64,000 bases of DNA, taken from assembly GCA_963668425.1 (NCBI GenBank), contig OY764332.1, forward strand, positions 188,943-252,942. The letters run 5' to 3'. This stretch comes from Minisyncoccota bacterium. Its GTDB lineage: Bacteria; Patescibacteriota; Minisyncoccia; Phycocordibacterales; JABAAK01. The position numbers and the translations under genes are program-made. Shown piece after piece: positions 28,229 through 37,617 of this stretch. Below the pieces are notes generated by a model. That model saw only the letters and a list, made by a program, of their open reading frames with translations, did not search any database and was not told the origin of the DNA. The first letter of the stretch is position 1; every line of letters begins with the position of its first letter.

Positions 28229-28969
28229 TTATAGGAATTTTTGTAAAAACTCTGGCGGCCCTATCTTACTGAAAACCGACAGATCTCCGATGAGGAAAAA
28301 TACCCCTAGCGCAATAAACAATAATCCGCCGATAATTCGCATGCTTGGGAGAAATTTTGGTATGTCTTGTAGCCGTTCAGCAGCTTTTGTGTATATGAGT
28401 GCAAGGATAGTGAGCGGTAGCATAATACCTAGAGCAAATGCAGATAATAGCAACATTCCTGTTATTGTTGACCCTGAACTTGCTGCTAATGTTAGTACGC
28501 CACCAAGTACTGGACCGATACATGGCGACCATCCGGCGGCAAATATTGCACCGATCAGCACAATGCCCCACCACGAATGTACCGAGAGTGCTTTCGGTAT
28601 TGGAAATGATTTATTGTTGAGCAACCTTTCTGGCAGTGGTACCGCACGTAATAATACCAGTCCGACAATGATAAAAAATATTGCCCCAACAATTATTACT
28701 ATCGGCTTTATTTCGTTGAATAGCGCCGTCGTCTCACTAAACTGCCCAAATAAGCCAGCAACGCCACCAAATATGGCGTATGTTATTGCAAAACCGATAA
28801 AAAACCAGGTTGTTGTGGTGAGTGTGTACGGGATGTTATTACTATCTTCATCGCCGATGATAAGCGCAATGTATCCTAACACCATCGGATATGTACATGG
28901 CAGAAAGACGGTGATAATTCCTGCAAATATGGTTACTGCAAAACTTATTAAGGATAATTGCTCTATCAT
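28229..28969 (-). CDS. ccdA: cytochrome c-type biogenesis / thiol-disulfide transporter CcdA (DsbD family)
   Basis: Six TM helices with the two conserved Cys motifs FLPCTYPM and GWSPCIGP. Confidence 0.8.
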   Translation of the reverse strand: MIEQLSLISFAVTIFAGIITVFLPCTYPMVLGYIALIIGDEDSNNIPYTLTTTTWFFIGFAITYAIFGGVAGLFGQFSETTALFNEIKPIVIIVGAIFFIIVGLVLLRAVPLPERLLNNKSFPIPKALSVHSWWGIVLIGAIFAAGWSPCIGPVLGGVLTLAASSGSTITGMLLLSAFALGIMLPLTILALIYTKAAERLQDIPKFLPSMRIIGGLLFIALGVFFLIGDLSVFSKIGPPEFLQKFL

Positions 28970-29676
28970 TGTATTGCCTTCAGCATATTTCGCACCTGGT
29001 CTACTGGCAGTGCACCTGGTATAGATTGTACTCCTTTGGTTTTTGTATTGACTAAGAATGATCCCGGCGTACCATTGACACCCATTTTCTGTGCATCTTG
29101 TATATCCTGTTCAACACTTCTTTGCTCATTACTATCTGTCGCGAGACAGCCGTCTATTTGCGCTTCAGAAATGCCAATATCCTGCGCAAGCGCTTTATAT
29201 GTTTCAAGATTTAAGGTGCTTGCAGCAAATACATTATTTGTGTATGTCCAGAATGCTTCCGATCCTCTGTGTGTTTTAACACATTCCCCAAGTACCGCAC
29301 CATCTTTGGCGGTTGCGTGAAATGGTAATGGTAGGTGTCGATATATCCATGTTACTTCCCCACTGTCTACTAGTGCCTGTGCTGTCTTGTGGAATTGTTG
29401 GCAGAACGGACATTCATAATCTGAATACTCTATCAATACTATATCTCCATTGCCCTGGGGTGCATCGCTGTCACGTATCGCTAATATGTTAAGATCCGGT
29501 GCTACTTGTGGCTCAGATGGCGCTACTTCTCCTCCTCCTCCACCTGCAGGAGGTGCTACTGCTACAGTTCCGCTTTTTCCATGCATTAGTCCAGCGTAGA
29601 AGACCGCTGCTATAGCAATGAGTACCGCAAAGGCAGTGATCATACTATTAGTGGTATTTTCTTTTTCTTTGTTCAT
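28966..29676 (-). CDS. membrane-anchored DsbA-family thiol:disulfide oxidoreductase
   Basis: N-terminal TM, GGGGG linker, thioredoxin-fold active site YECPFCQQF. Confidence 0.8.
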   Translation of the reverse strand: MNKEKENTTNSMITAFAVLIAIAAVFYAGLMHGKSGTVAVAPPAGGGGGEVAPSEPQVAPDLNILAIRDSDAPQGNGDIVLIEYSDYECPFCQQFHKTAQALVDSGEVTWIYRHLPLPFHATAKDGAVLGECVKTHRGSEAFWTYTNNVFAASTLNLETYKALAQDIGISEAQIDGCLATDSNEQRSVEQDIQDAQKMGVNGTPGSFLVNTKTKGVQSIPGALPVDQVRNMLKAIQ

Positions 29677-29741
29677 ATTGTTTATGTATTATATAACTTA
29701 CTAAATAATTATGTCTATACTATACCATATTTTTAATGCGG

Positions 29742-30449
29742 TTATGGCCTTGCTTTTGCCACCAATACTTTCACCCGTTCCAAAAATTTGCTGTATTCGT
29801 TTGCGTATGAAATCCCAACTGGTCGATCTTTGTACACTACCACGATATATGGTGTTCCGCGAGAACCTAACCGCCACCCCTCACTGCTGTCCTCTTCTAT
29901 GCGATCACGCACTTTCATATCAGTTGCTATGCACTCCTGAAACTCCTGTGCATCCGCTCCGAGGTCAATCGCCTTGCTTTCCAACATTTTTGTATCGCTA
30001 ATATTTCTTTGATTTTTGTATACATATTGAGTAAATAGGAAAAAGGGTTCTTCACCGGCATGCTTTGCTACACATTCAGCAGCAACTGCCGCTTCAAATG
30101 CAGCTCCTTTTTTATGTGGATAGAGGTGCCGTGACACCAACATAATACCTTCTTCCCGTACAATTTTCTTAAAATTTTCCTGCATTGCCGCGCACATGAT
30201 ACAACCCAGGTCTGAGTACTCAATGAGTACTACGTCAGCATCAGCATCTCCTCGAACATGGTCAACAGAGCGGATATCTTGCATACCAACTACCGTGTGT
30301 TGTGAATCAACAATGCCGACACCTGCTGCAACGTGTTTTACTGAACGCAGTATCGGGTGCTCCACATATAGCAGCACTCCTATTACCATCACTATGGCAA
30401 TACCTATCACTACTCTCCGTCTGATATTCATACCTTGCTTGCTTTGCAT
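29742..30449 (-). CDS. second DsbA-like thioredoxin-fold protein (atypical CIMC active site)
   Basis: N-terminal TM, then VVLIEYSDLGCIMCAAM, parallel to VLIEYSDYECPFCQQF in its neighbour. Confidence 0.65.
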   Translation of the reverse strand: MQSKQGMNIRRRVVIGIAIVMVIGVLLYVEHPILRSVKHVAAGVGIVDSQHTVVGMQDIRSVDHVRGDADADVVLIEYSDLGCIMCAAMQENFKKIVREEGIMLVSRHLYPHKKGAAFEAAVAAECVAKHAGEEPFFLFTQYVYKNQRNISDTKMLESKAIDLGADAQEFQECIATDMKVRDRIEEDSSEGWRLGSRGTPYIVVVYKDRPVGISYANEYSKFLERVKVLVAKARP

Positions 30450-30515
30450 ATAGTTATAGTATATCTTTATAAACTATCCCTCAGCATATCCCTCTTTGTG
30501 CTCTTGTGGCGATCT

Positions 30516-31634
30516 CTACCCTTCCAGAGCTCGTAGCGCTGCCCCCACTGCCACTGAAAACTCCGACCCGCTCTCTTTTAATGTCTCAGACAGCAGTGCT
30601 GGATGCCGCAGGCGCGCGAACGGGTTTGCTATCTCAACGCCGATTTTCGTTTTTGCTTTTACCTCCTCCAGCAGCCCTGTCATAGATGCACCACCTCCGG
30701 TTAGTATAACCTTAGAAACGGACTGATGATATCGCTGTTCAAAATCAATGATTGCATTATTTGCTTCTGTGAAAATTTCATCAACAATAAGTGCCATAGC
30801 ATGTCGTGTGTCCTTATCTTCTATCTTGAAACCAAACTCTCGTTTTCTGTGTTCTGCCTCTTTGAACGGTATGTTTTCTGTTCTTGCTATTGCCTGTGAA
30901 ATACTTTGTCCTCCTTGGTTGATAAAGAATGACCGAAGAATAATACCGTGTTCAACAACATACAACTTTGTGGATCGCGCCCCTATATCAATAATAATAA
31001 TCGGTAATCCACCATCATACACTGAAGAGCGCAATGTGCTGAATATCTCAATCTCAAAGTATTGCGTGTTTAGTTTTGTTTTGTTTAAAATATTTTTATG
31101 TTTGATGAGTTCGTGATTGTGAATGGCAATCAAAAGCACCTTTCGTTTATCGTCTTGTTGGCTAATGGGTGTAATATCATCTTCAAAAATAGGTGCGTTA
31201 TCTTTGCTCAGCAATGCTTGCGGCACCACAAACCAATCCAGTGATACATCTTCAAGTGGTACCGGTATATATCGTTTTGCTTCAAACGGAATTGTCTGTG
31301 CTATTTTTTCATCAGAGAGTGCTGGTACCTCAATAAGCGATATTAAACTGGAGTGAAATGGTATAGAAACACACGCCAATGATGTAGTAACTTTTGCTTC
31401 CTGTAATAATGCTGATAGCACAGTATATAAAACTTCTTCACTAGCGTTTGCGTGCTGTCCAATCTCCGCACCTTCAACATAGGGCCCTATTGCTAATGAT
31501 CCGTAGGTTTCCAGAACGGCAATTCCTTTTTCTTGTCGAATCTGTACTACCTTTATTGAGGATGATCCAATGTCTATCCCTATAACACTATGCTTTCCTC
31601 CCTTTAAGAATGAAAGAAATTTTGGTATTGGCAT
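30516..31634 (-). CDS. pilM: type IV pilus assembly protein PilM (actin-like ATPase)
   Basis: VIGIDIGSSSIKVVQI...; ASKHA-fold segments throughout; no TM helix. Confidence 0.8.
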   Translation of the reverse strand: MPIPKFLSFLKGGKHSVIGIDIGSSSIKVVQIRQEKGIAVLETYGSLAIGPYVEGAEIGQHANASEEVLYTVLSALLQEAKVTTSLACVSIPFHSSLISLIEVPALSDEKIAQTIPFEAKRYIPVPLEDVSLDWFVVPQALLSKDNAPIFEDDITPISQQDDKRKVLLIAIHNHELIKHKNILNKTKLNTQYFEIEIFSTLRSSVYDGGLPIIIIDIGARSTKLYVVEHGIILRSFFINQGGQSISQAIARTENIPFKEAEHRKREFGFKIEDKDTRHAMALIVDEIFTEANNAIIDFEQRYHQSVSKVILTGGGASMTGLLEEVKAKTKIGVEIANPFARLRHPALLSETLKESGSEFSVAVGAALRALEG

Positions 31635-31671
31635 TGTATTTAAAAGTATTTAGTATATAGTATACATCATA

Positions 31672-32331
31672 ATGACAGTAAAATATCGGCTCATTGCGTG
31701 TTTGAAGGTGTTGTTTGAGATAGTATTTCCGAAGAAAAAACACAGTGCCGCAGTAGAGAAACGAGGTGTTCTGATGATCACTCGTCAGAAAGAGCCAATA
31801 CAAAACAAGGGGCATTTTGCTTTGCTGTCGTACAATAGTGCTTCAGTGAAAGATTTCCTGTACGCGATAAAATATGAGCAGCACAGAGAGAGTATTGAAG
31901 TGGCAGCGGATATGTTGCGGGAATATATATACGATGAAATACAAGAGATGGAGGTGCTTCAGAAAATGCATTATGCGCTCTGTGCTATCCCAATAACGGA
32001 AGAACGAAAAGTGAGTAATGGCTATAACCACCTACATGTCATATTTGATGTACTTTATGCACATCTGTCGGACAGTACACTGCCCATACAGGACAAAAGG
32101 GATTTGCTCACATGGACACGGCAGGTCAATAGGCAAAGCAGGTTGCGAAATCGGTCCGATCGGTTCAAAAATGTGAGTGGTGCTATGGCTACAACTGATC
32201 AACTTTTTTCAAATACGATTTATTTTGTTATAGATGACATAACCACTACCGGTGCAACACTCGCTGAGGCTCGTCATGTACTTATCGCAAACGGTGCGCA
32301 TACTGTTATCACCCTTGCCCTTGCACATTAG
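31672..32331 (+). CDS. comFC: ComF family protein (phosphoribosyltransferase domain; ComFC-like)
   Basis: C-terminal PRTase motif YFVIDDITTTGATLAEARHVLIANGA. Confidence 0.7.
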   Translation: MTVKYRLIACLKVLFEIVFPKKKHSAAVEKRGVLMITRQKEPIQNKGHFALLSYNSASVKDFLYAIKYEQHRESIEVAADMLREYIYDEIQEMEVLQKMHYALCAIPITEERKVSNGYNHLHVIFDVLYAHLSDSTLPIQDKRDLLTWTRQVNRQSRLRNRSDRFKNVSGAMATTDQLFSNTIYFVIDDITTTGATLAEARHVLIANGAHTVITLALAH

Positions 32332-32497
32332 GCACCATATGAACATATAAATCCTGCATTTGTGTCGGTGTAGCGAATTTTCTCTGGTGCACAGACTAGA
32401 AAGACGATATCCATAGATTCAATGCGTGGCATCAATGTTCCTCCCTTTACATTTTAGATTCTTTTAGCAGTATACAAAAAAGCAAAGAATAGGCAGC

Positions 32498-34825
32498 TCA
32501 TCGAACCTCATACCCATTTTGTTTTAACGCCTCATACACGATGTTCATCTGCTTGTTTACCACTTCGTCGTCAAGGGTTTTGCTGTCTGACTGAAACACC
32601 AAACGGAACGCGTGTGACTGCTTGCCATCTTTTTCAAATGAATCAAACAAGTTTATTTTTTGTAAGTAGTCCCCACCGCTCTTCTGTAGCAGTGCTTCAG
32701 TGTTTGTTACGCTTGCTCCATTTGGTACAAACACTGCCACATCCCGTAATATAAATGGATACTTTGATGGTGATACATATTGCACCGTGCTGATAGGCGA
32801 TATGGTGCTGTCAGGTTTATGTACTTGCACTTCTTCCAGAGCCACCTCCCATACCCCATTTTCAAAACTGCCGGGCATGCTTACTACTTGTCGTATCATC
32901 TTTTCAATAGTAGTTATATTTGCCTTTGCTCGTCCTACTGTTTCCTGAACCCCAAGCGCAAGGTGCACTTTTTCACCCTCTTCAGTAAATATGCTTCCGA
33001 TTTCTGCGATTTGTATTGTGTCCAAACCTACTAGTTCGCCATTGTATGCATTCTGTACTAATGCTCTTTCTATTCCTGGTCGCAGTGATGACCGCAAACA
33101 CCCTTTATCTTTTGCGACTGGATAGGAGACACATATCTTATCTTTCACACAAAATGATGAGGTCATCACCTCAGAAAACCCGATTTTTTGCAGCGCTCGC
33201 AACACTAAAAATCGTTTTGTATGTGTCTCGCTGCTCTTCGGGAAAAAACGATTACGTATTTGTATCCACATTGAATGCAACCCACCACCTGTGGGTGTAG
33301 TACTTGGTATTGCATCATATCCAAGTATACGCCCTACTTCTTCAATTACATCGTTTTCATCTTGTATATCAGGCCGTTCAACTGGAACAGTAACGGCAAA
33401 TCGTTTTTTATCATCCCAAATTTGTCCGAACCCGACAATATTTTCATCAGTAATTTTAGAAATCATGACTTTTTTACCCCCTTGGGCACCAATATATGAA
33501 TCAGTGTCAAGTAGGATACCGACGTGACTTATTCCTGCGTCACTCTTTCCTGGCAGTACTGGAAACCCTTCCTCAAACACACTTTCATTGCGTGTAATTG
33601 CCTTTTTATCAGATGAAACAGAAAATACGATATCCCCTGGTTGTGGATCAGTGGTTGGTGTGGCAAAAAAGTACTGATTAATTGACATTCGTGGTATTGA
33701 CTTTCCCGCTTGCGCCGCACACCAGCATACAAATGAAGAGCAATCAAACGTGTCGGGGGCATCTCGAGAAACAGACGCACCCCATTTGTATGGTTTGCCG
33801 CTTTGTTTTTTTGCAGCTGTAATAAATTGTTTTCGTGGATCAACATATTCATATGAAAAACCGAGTCGATCCAGGACACTGGCAATTTCTTTTTGTGTGT
33901 AGGTGCTGCCAAGTAGATTATTTACTTCTGTTATTGAAACACCAGTTTTTCGTTGTTTCGGTAATGACACACGGTGGTGATCTACAGAGTTAATGATGGA
34001 GCCGTATGCACCAAACACCTCAGCCACTCGTTGTGCGGTATAGCCAATCACTACCGGAGGAAGTCCTTGCGAAAACCGTAGTGCGGCATCAGATGTGTGC
34101 CCTGTACGTCGCATTGTTCTTCGCACACTTACACTATCAAAAGAAGCGATTTCTATATATATATCTTTTGTGTTTTCATCTACTTTTGTCTTTTCTCCAC
34201 CTTTTATCCCAGCGAGTGCGATGGCACGATTGTCAGCCGCGTCAGCAATTACTACATCACCAACTTGCAATACTATCTCTTCATTGCCGAGTAGTACTAT
34301 CGTCTCTTCTTTTTGTGCCTGTCGCACTCTAAATTGTCCTGATGTTTTTTGTGCATCAAATGTGTGTATTGGTTGGCCAATGTCAAAAAGAATGTAATTT
34401 GATAAATCAACAATCGGATTGATGCATCGCTGTCCGATTGATTCAAGGTGTTTTTGTATTTCTGCCGGCGTCTCAGAAAGTGATATATTTTCAACTTTTA
34501 ATATTGTATATCTATCACATTTTTCTGTATGTATGTATTCTGCGGCACTGTTATATGAAAACTGTTCCTGAAAGTATTGCTTTTTGAGTGGTAGTGAAAA
34601 TATTGCTGCAATTTCTTTTGCAATACCGTAGTGTGCAAGGCAGTCAACAGATCGATCTGGCAGAATATCCAGTTCATACACCGCGTCATTACTGCCTGTT
34701 TTCCGCACTTCTTCTACTTCAAATGAGTGCTTTAGTAATTTTTCTGAAACCTCTTCTGGTGATGGCAATTGTTCATCAAAGAATGCTTGTAGCCATTGAT
34801 GGCTATATATACTTTTCATAGTCAA
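32498..34825 (-). CDS. pheT: phenylalanine--tRNA ligase beta subunit carrying an inserted NlpC/P60-like papain-fold domain
   Basis: Canonical PheT N-terminus (SIYSHQWLQAFF), B3/4 domain (INPIVDLSNYILFDIGQPIHTFD), B5 domain, then TVPVERPDIQDENDVIEEVGRILGYDAIP and a C-terminal FDX-ACB domain. Between B5 and TVPVERPDI sits a ~140-aa segment YKWGASVSRDAPDTFDCSSFVCWCAAQAGKSIPRMSINQ...PGDIVF...SHVGILLDTDSYIGA. Confidence 0.85.
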   Translation of the reverse strand: MTMKSIYSHQWLQAFFDEQLPSPEEVSEKLLKHSFEVEEVRKTGSNDAVYELDILPDRSVDCLAHYGIAKEIAAIFSLPLKKQYFQEQFSYNSAAEYIHTEKCDRYTILKVENISLSETPAEIQKHLESIGQRCINPIVDLSNYILFDIGQPIHTFDAQKTSGQFRVRQAQKEETIVLLGNEEIVLQVGDVVIADAADNRAIALAGIKGGEKTKVDENTKDIYIEIASFDSVSVRRTMRRTGHTSDAALRFSQGLPPVVIGYTAQRVAEVFGAYGSIINSVDHHRVSLPKQRKTGVSITEVNNLLGSTYTQKEIASVLDRLGFSYEYVDPRKQFITAAKKQSGKPYKWGASVSRDAPDTFDCSSFVCWCAAQAGKSIPRMSINQYFFATPTTDPQPGDIVFSVSSDKKAITRNESVFEEGFPVLPGKSDAGISHVGILLDTDSYIGAQGGKKVMISKITDENIVGFGQIWDDKKRFAVTVPVERPDIQDENDVIEEVGRILGYDAIPSTTPTGGGLHSMWIQIRNRFFPKSSETHTKRFLVLRALQKIGFSEVMTSSFCVKDKICVSYPVAKDKGCLRSSLRPGIERALVQNAYNGELVGLDTIQIAEIGSIFTEEGEKVHLALGVQETVGRAKANITTIEKMIRQVVSMPGSFENGVWEVALEEVQVHKPDSTISPISTVQYVSPSKYPFILRDVAVFVPNGASVTNTEALLQKSGGDYLQKINLFDSFEKDGKQSHAFRLVFQSDSKTLDDEVVNKQMNIVYEALKQNGYEVR

Positions 34826-35529
34826 AATTGAGTAACCAGTCGCATATCTCCTTTATACAGCAGTCGTACATCATCAACCGCATGTCGTAGCATTGCAATT
34901 CTGTCAACTCCCATACCAAATGCAAATCCGCGATATTTTTGTGAATCTATCCCAACTCGCGCAAGTACTTGTCGGTGTACCATTCCACATCCTAGTATCT
35001 CAAGCCACTTTTTGTCACTCTCCCGTTTCATATCCACTTCTAAGCTTGGTTCTGTAAACGGAAAGAAACTCGGACGGTACCGTATCTGCACCTTGTTGCC
35101 AAACAACTTTCGTAACAATACGCTGAGCACTCCTTTCATTTGTGCCAATGTTGCGTCTTCGGTAACACACAATCCCTCCACCTGATGAAATTGCACCTCA
35201 TGTGTTGCGTCAGTTGCTTCATTTCGAAATACCTTACCCGGTACCACTACTTGAATTGGTGGTTTGTGTTTTTCCATATATCGCACCTGCACTGGTGAAG
35301 TATGTGTCCGTAGTAATTTTTCTTCTTGCCCTTTAATCCAAAAGGTGTCCCACATCTCCTGTGCTGGATGCCCTTTGGGGATATTGAGTGCTTCAAAATT
35401 ATAATATGCTGTTTCTAGCTCAGGCCCTGAAGCAACTTCATACCCAAATCTCTTAAAAACACTCACAATTTCCTGCATCAGTGTTGAAATCGGATGCACG
35501 CTTCCGTATTTTTTTTTCCCGCCACTCAT
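34822..35529 (-). CDS. pheS: phenylalanine--tRNA ligase alpha subunit (core-only short form)
   Basis: Class II motifs FRNEATDATHEVQFHQVEG and GFAFGMGVDRIAML. It overlaps pheT by 4 nt. Confidence 0.9.
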   Translation of the reverse strand: MSGGKKKYGSVHPISTLMQEIVSVFKRFGYEVASGPELETAYYNFEALNIPKGHPAQEMWDTFWIKGQEEKLLRTHTSPVQVRYMEKHKPPIQVVVPGKVFRNEATDATHEVQFHQVEGLCVTEDATLAQMKGVLSVLLRKLFGNKVQIRYRPSFFPFTEPSLEVDMKRESDKKWLEILGCGMVHRQVLARVGIDSQKYRGFAFGMGVDRIAMLRHAVDDVRLLYKGDMRLVTQF

Positions 35530-35603
35530 GGCTCGTAGTATACCACATTACCCTTTCCTAAGATCTGTCATGTAGGACAGGCACATCTGTACTACTATAT
35601 AGT

Positions 35604-36071
35604 ATGGCAATTATTCTTTTGGAAAACGTCCGTAGTGTGTTGAATGTCGGTGGTGTGTTTCGAATTGCGGATGCTGTTGATGCAGAAACAGTTCTGTTGA
35701 TTGGTTATACTCCCGCACCAGTAGATAGGATGGGTCGGGAAAATAACAAGATTGCAAAAACCGCGCTTGGTGCGGAGCGATCTGTTTTATGGCAGCAGTA
35801 TGCAACAGCAAAAGATGCCCTTGATGCACACCCAAATCATACACCTGTAGTCGTGGAACAAACACCCACCTCTATTCTCTATACTGAACATTCTCCACTT
35901 GCAGATTCACTGTATATTTTCGGCAATGAAACAGAGGGTGTGTCATTTGCTATTCGTGATACTGTTTCAACGCATGTCCATCTTCCCATGCATGGCATTA
36001 AAGAGTCCCTTAACATTACAACTGTTACGGCAGTAATTCTCTATCACCACCTTGCTTACAAAAAAATATAA
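35604..36071 (+). CDS. SpoU/TrmH-family RNA 2'-O-methyltransferase (SPOUT)
   Basis: LLENVRSVLNVGGVFRIADAV...IFGNETEGVS...LPMHGIKESLNITTVTAVILYH. Confidence 0.75.
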   Translation: MAIILLENVRSVLNVGGVFRIADAVDAETVLLIGYTPAPVDRMGRENNKIAKTALGAERSVLWQQYATAKDALDAHPNHTPVVVEQTPTSILYTEHSPLADSLYIFGNETEGVSFAIRDTVSTHVHLPMHGIKESLNITTVTAVILYHHLAYKKI

Positions 36072-36099
36072 GGGGTCGTTTAATTATAGGGAGTATGTT

Positions 36100-37524
36100 T
36101 TACTCATTCTCTGGTTTTTCTTGGTCTGGAGCACATCTATGGTGAGTATGCTGTATCTCAATTTTTATTTTTTCTTTGTTTGCCGGCAGTGTATTGCGCC
36201 ATGCGGGAAATATCTCTGGTGTTGTGTGCTGTGCTACCTGTGAATATTCACTGGTTAGAATGTCTGCGACTTCTTTGCGATTTTTCCCCGCAATATCATC
36301 GGTGAGTAATGCTGTGTCAATGTCCCAGCAGAGATCTGCTGAACCGCTCAGGCGAAAGCTGAACTCTGTTGAAGAAACAATTTTAAATTCATCCCCCTTC
36401 TCAATTTTCACAGAAAAATCTTTTGGCTTAACGCGCGTTGGTGCTGCTGACTGTATTGACGACGGTGTGTATTTTGCCAGCAGTGCGGCAAGTTCTGTTT
36501 CTCTGAATGCTATCGCATGGAGTGTTCCTTTTTCACGAATCATTGCCACGTTGCCATTTTGCTCATCTTCCAAGGACTCAAATTCAATAAATATTCCTTC
36601 TTCAAATACTGTTCGCTTAGTAAGTTGGTTTTCTGCTACTGATTGTGTCAACTCATCGCGAAGATTTTTCTCTATATCTCTTCGTAATTGTTGTCGTATT
36701 TTTGCTTCTTCATCTTGGTCAGGAATAAACCGTTCGCCACTGAAACCACCAACAATTCTACTTGAGGTTACGGCATATGTTTCTGCAAACTCTTTCCATT
36801 TTGCAAGCCCCGGTATAGAGAGTCGCGTACCTTTATTCGGCAAATTAAAGTCATCACCAAAATCATTTGCCTCTATTTTTACTTCTTTGCTGCCTGGCAC
36901 AAATGTACCTCCTGTTGTTTTGCCTCCTGGAATAATGTGTTTTCCGATGAGGCGATATATCTTGCCGTTTTCAGATTGTAGTCGTGTGCGATTGATCAAA
37001 TCCAAGCTTTCACCAGAAGGGTTGACATTGTACAGTAGTACAGTGCCCTCTGCTCGTGTATTTTGTCGCTCTCGTGTCCCATTTGTTATTGGTGCTTCTT
37101 GTGTGACATCAAACGCACCAAGTCGTTGATATGAGATATCTTTTGATTGTGCCGGTTCACGAACTGCATGGAATACTCCATCTACAGAAACTTCAGCGCT
37201 GGAAAGTATTATGTCCAATCGTGCTGTTGCAAATACTGTTGTCAGTAAGAATACTACAATGATTGCAAGCAGTGTGAAGAATATTGCTGCTTTTTTTCCG
37301 GCGTTGGATTTTTTTCCTCGTTTCGGTTGTTTTTGAGCAGTCCTTACACTGATATTACTTTTTTTTCTTGCCTTTACTGACCGTCTTTTTTTTATGCCTG
37401 ATCGTGAAGTGGCTCCACGTAAACCAGATCGCTCAATGGCGTGCAGATTCTTATTTTCTTCTTCATTTTCATTTTCTTCATTTGATTTCATCTCTTCGTT
37501 TTCTTCGTTTATTTCTTCTTCCAT
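36100..37524 (-). CDS. membrane-anchored hypothetical protein with highly charged cytoplasmic N-terminus
   Basis: MEEEINEENEEMKSNEENENEEENKN..., then a K/R-rich stretch, a TM (AAIFFTLLAIIVVFLLTTVFA), and a ~380-aa outside domain. Confidence 0.5.
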   Translation of the reverse strand: MEEEINEENEEMKSNEENENEEENKNLHAIERSGLRGATSRSGIKKRRSVKARKKSNISVRTAQKQPKRGKKSNAGKKAAIFFTLLAIIVVFLLTTVFATARLDIILSSAEVSVDGVFHAVREPAQSKDISYQRLGAFDVTQEAPITNGTRERQNTRAEGTVLLYNVNPSGESLDLINRTRLQSENGKIYRLIGKHIIPGGKTTGGTFVPGSKEVKIEANDFGDDFNLPNKGTRLSIPGLAKWKEFAETYAVTSSRIVGGFSGERFIPDQDEEAKIRQQLRRDIEKNLRDELTQSVAENQLTKRTVFEEGIFIEFESLEDEQNGNVAMIREKGTLHAIAFRETELAALLAKYTPSSIQSAAPTRVKPKDFSVKIEKGDEFKIVSSTEFSFRLSGSADLCWDIDTALLTDDIAGKNRKEVADILTSEYSQVAQHTTPEIFPAWRNTLPANKEKIKIEIQHTHHRCAPDQEKPENE

Positions 37525-37617
37525 ATATACTTTTTATTATATAGGTAAAATTGCCGTTTGCACACCTGCTGTGGAATATAATTGGGTGATTTTAAGGCAC
37601 TATGCAGCAAAGATGCT

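Noticed and set aside
28032-29024. 330-aa plus-strand ORF
   Set aside because: It is entirely antisense to the well-supported ccdA and DsbA-like genes.
33403-33829. Intein inside PheT
   Set aside because: The insertion does not begin with Cys/Ser/Ala or end with His-Asn followed by a nucleophile, and it has no HINT or homing-endonuclease blocks. Instead it matches the NlpC/P60 Cys-His signature.
36176-37129. 317-aa plus-strand ORF (Ser-rich)
   Set aside because: Antisense shadow of the 36100..37524 minus-strand gene. Low-complexity composition and no start context.
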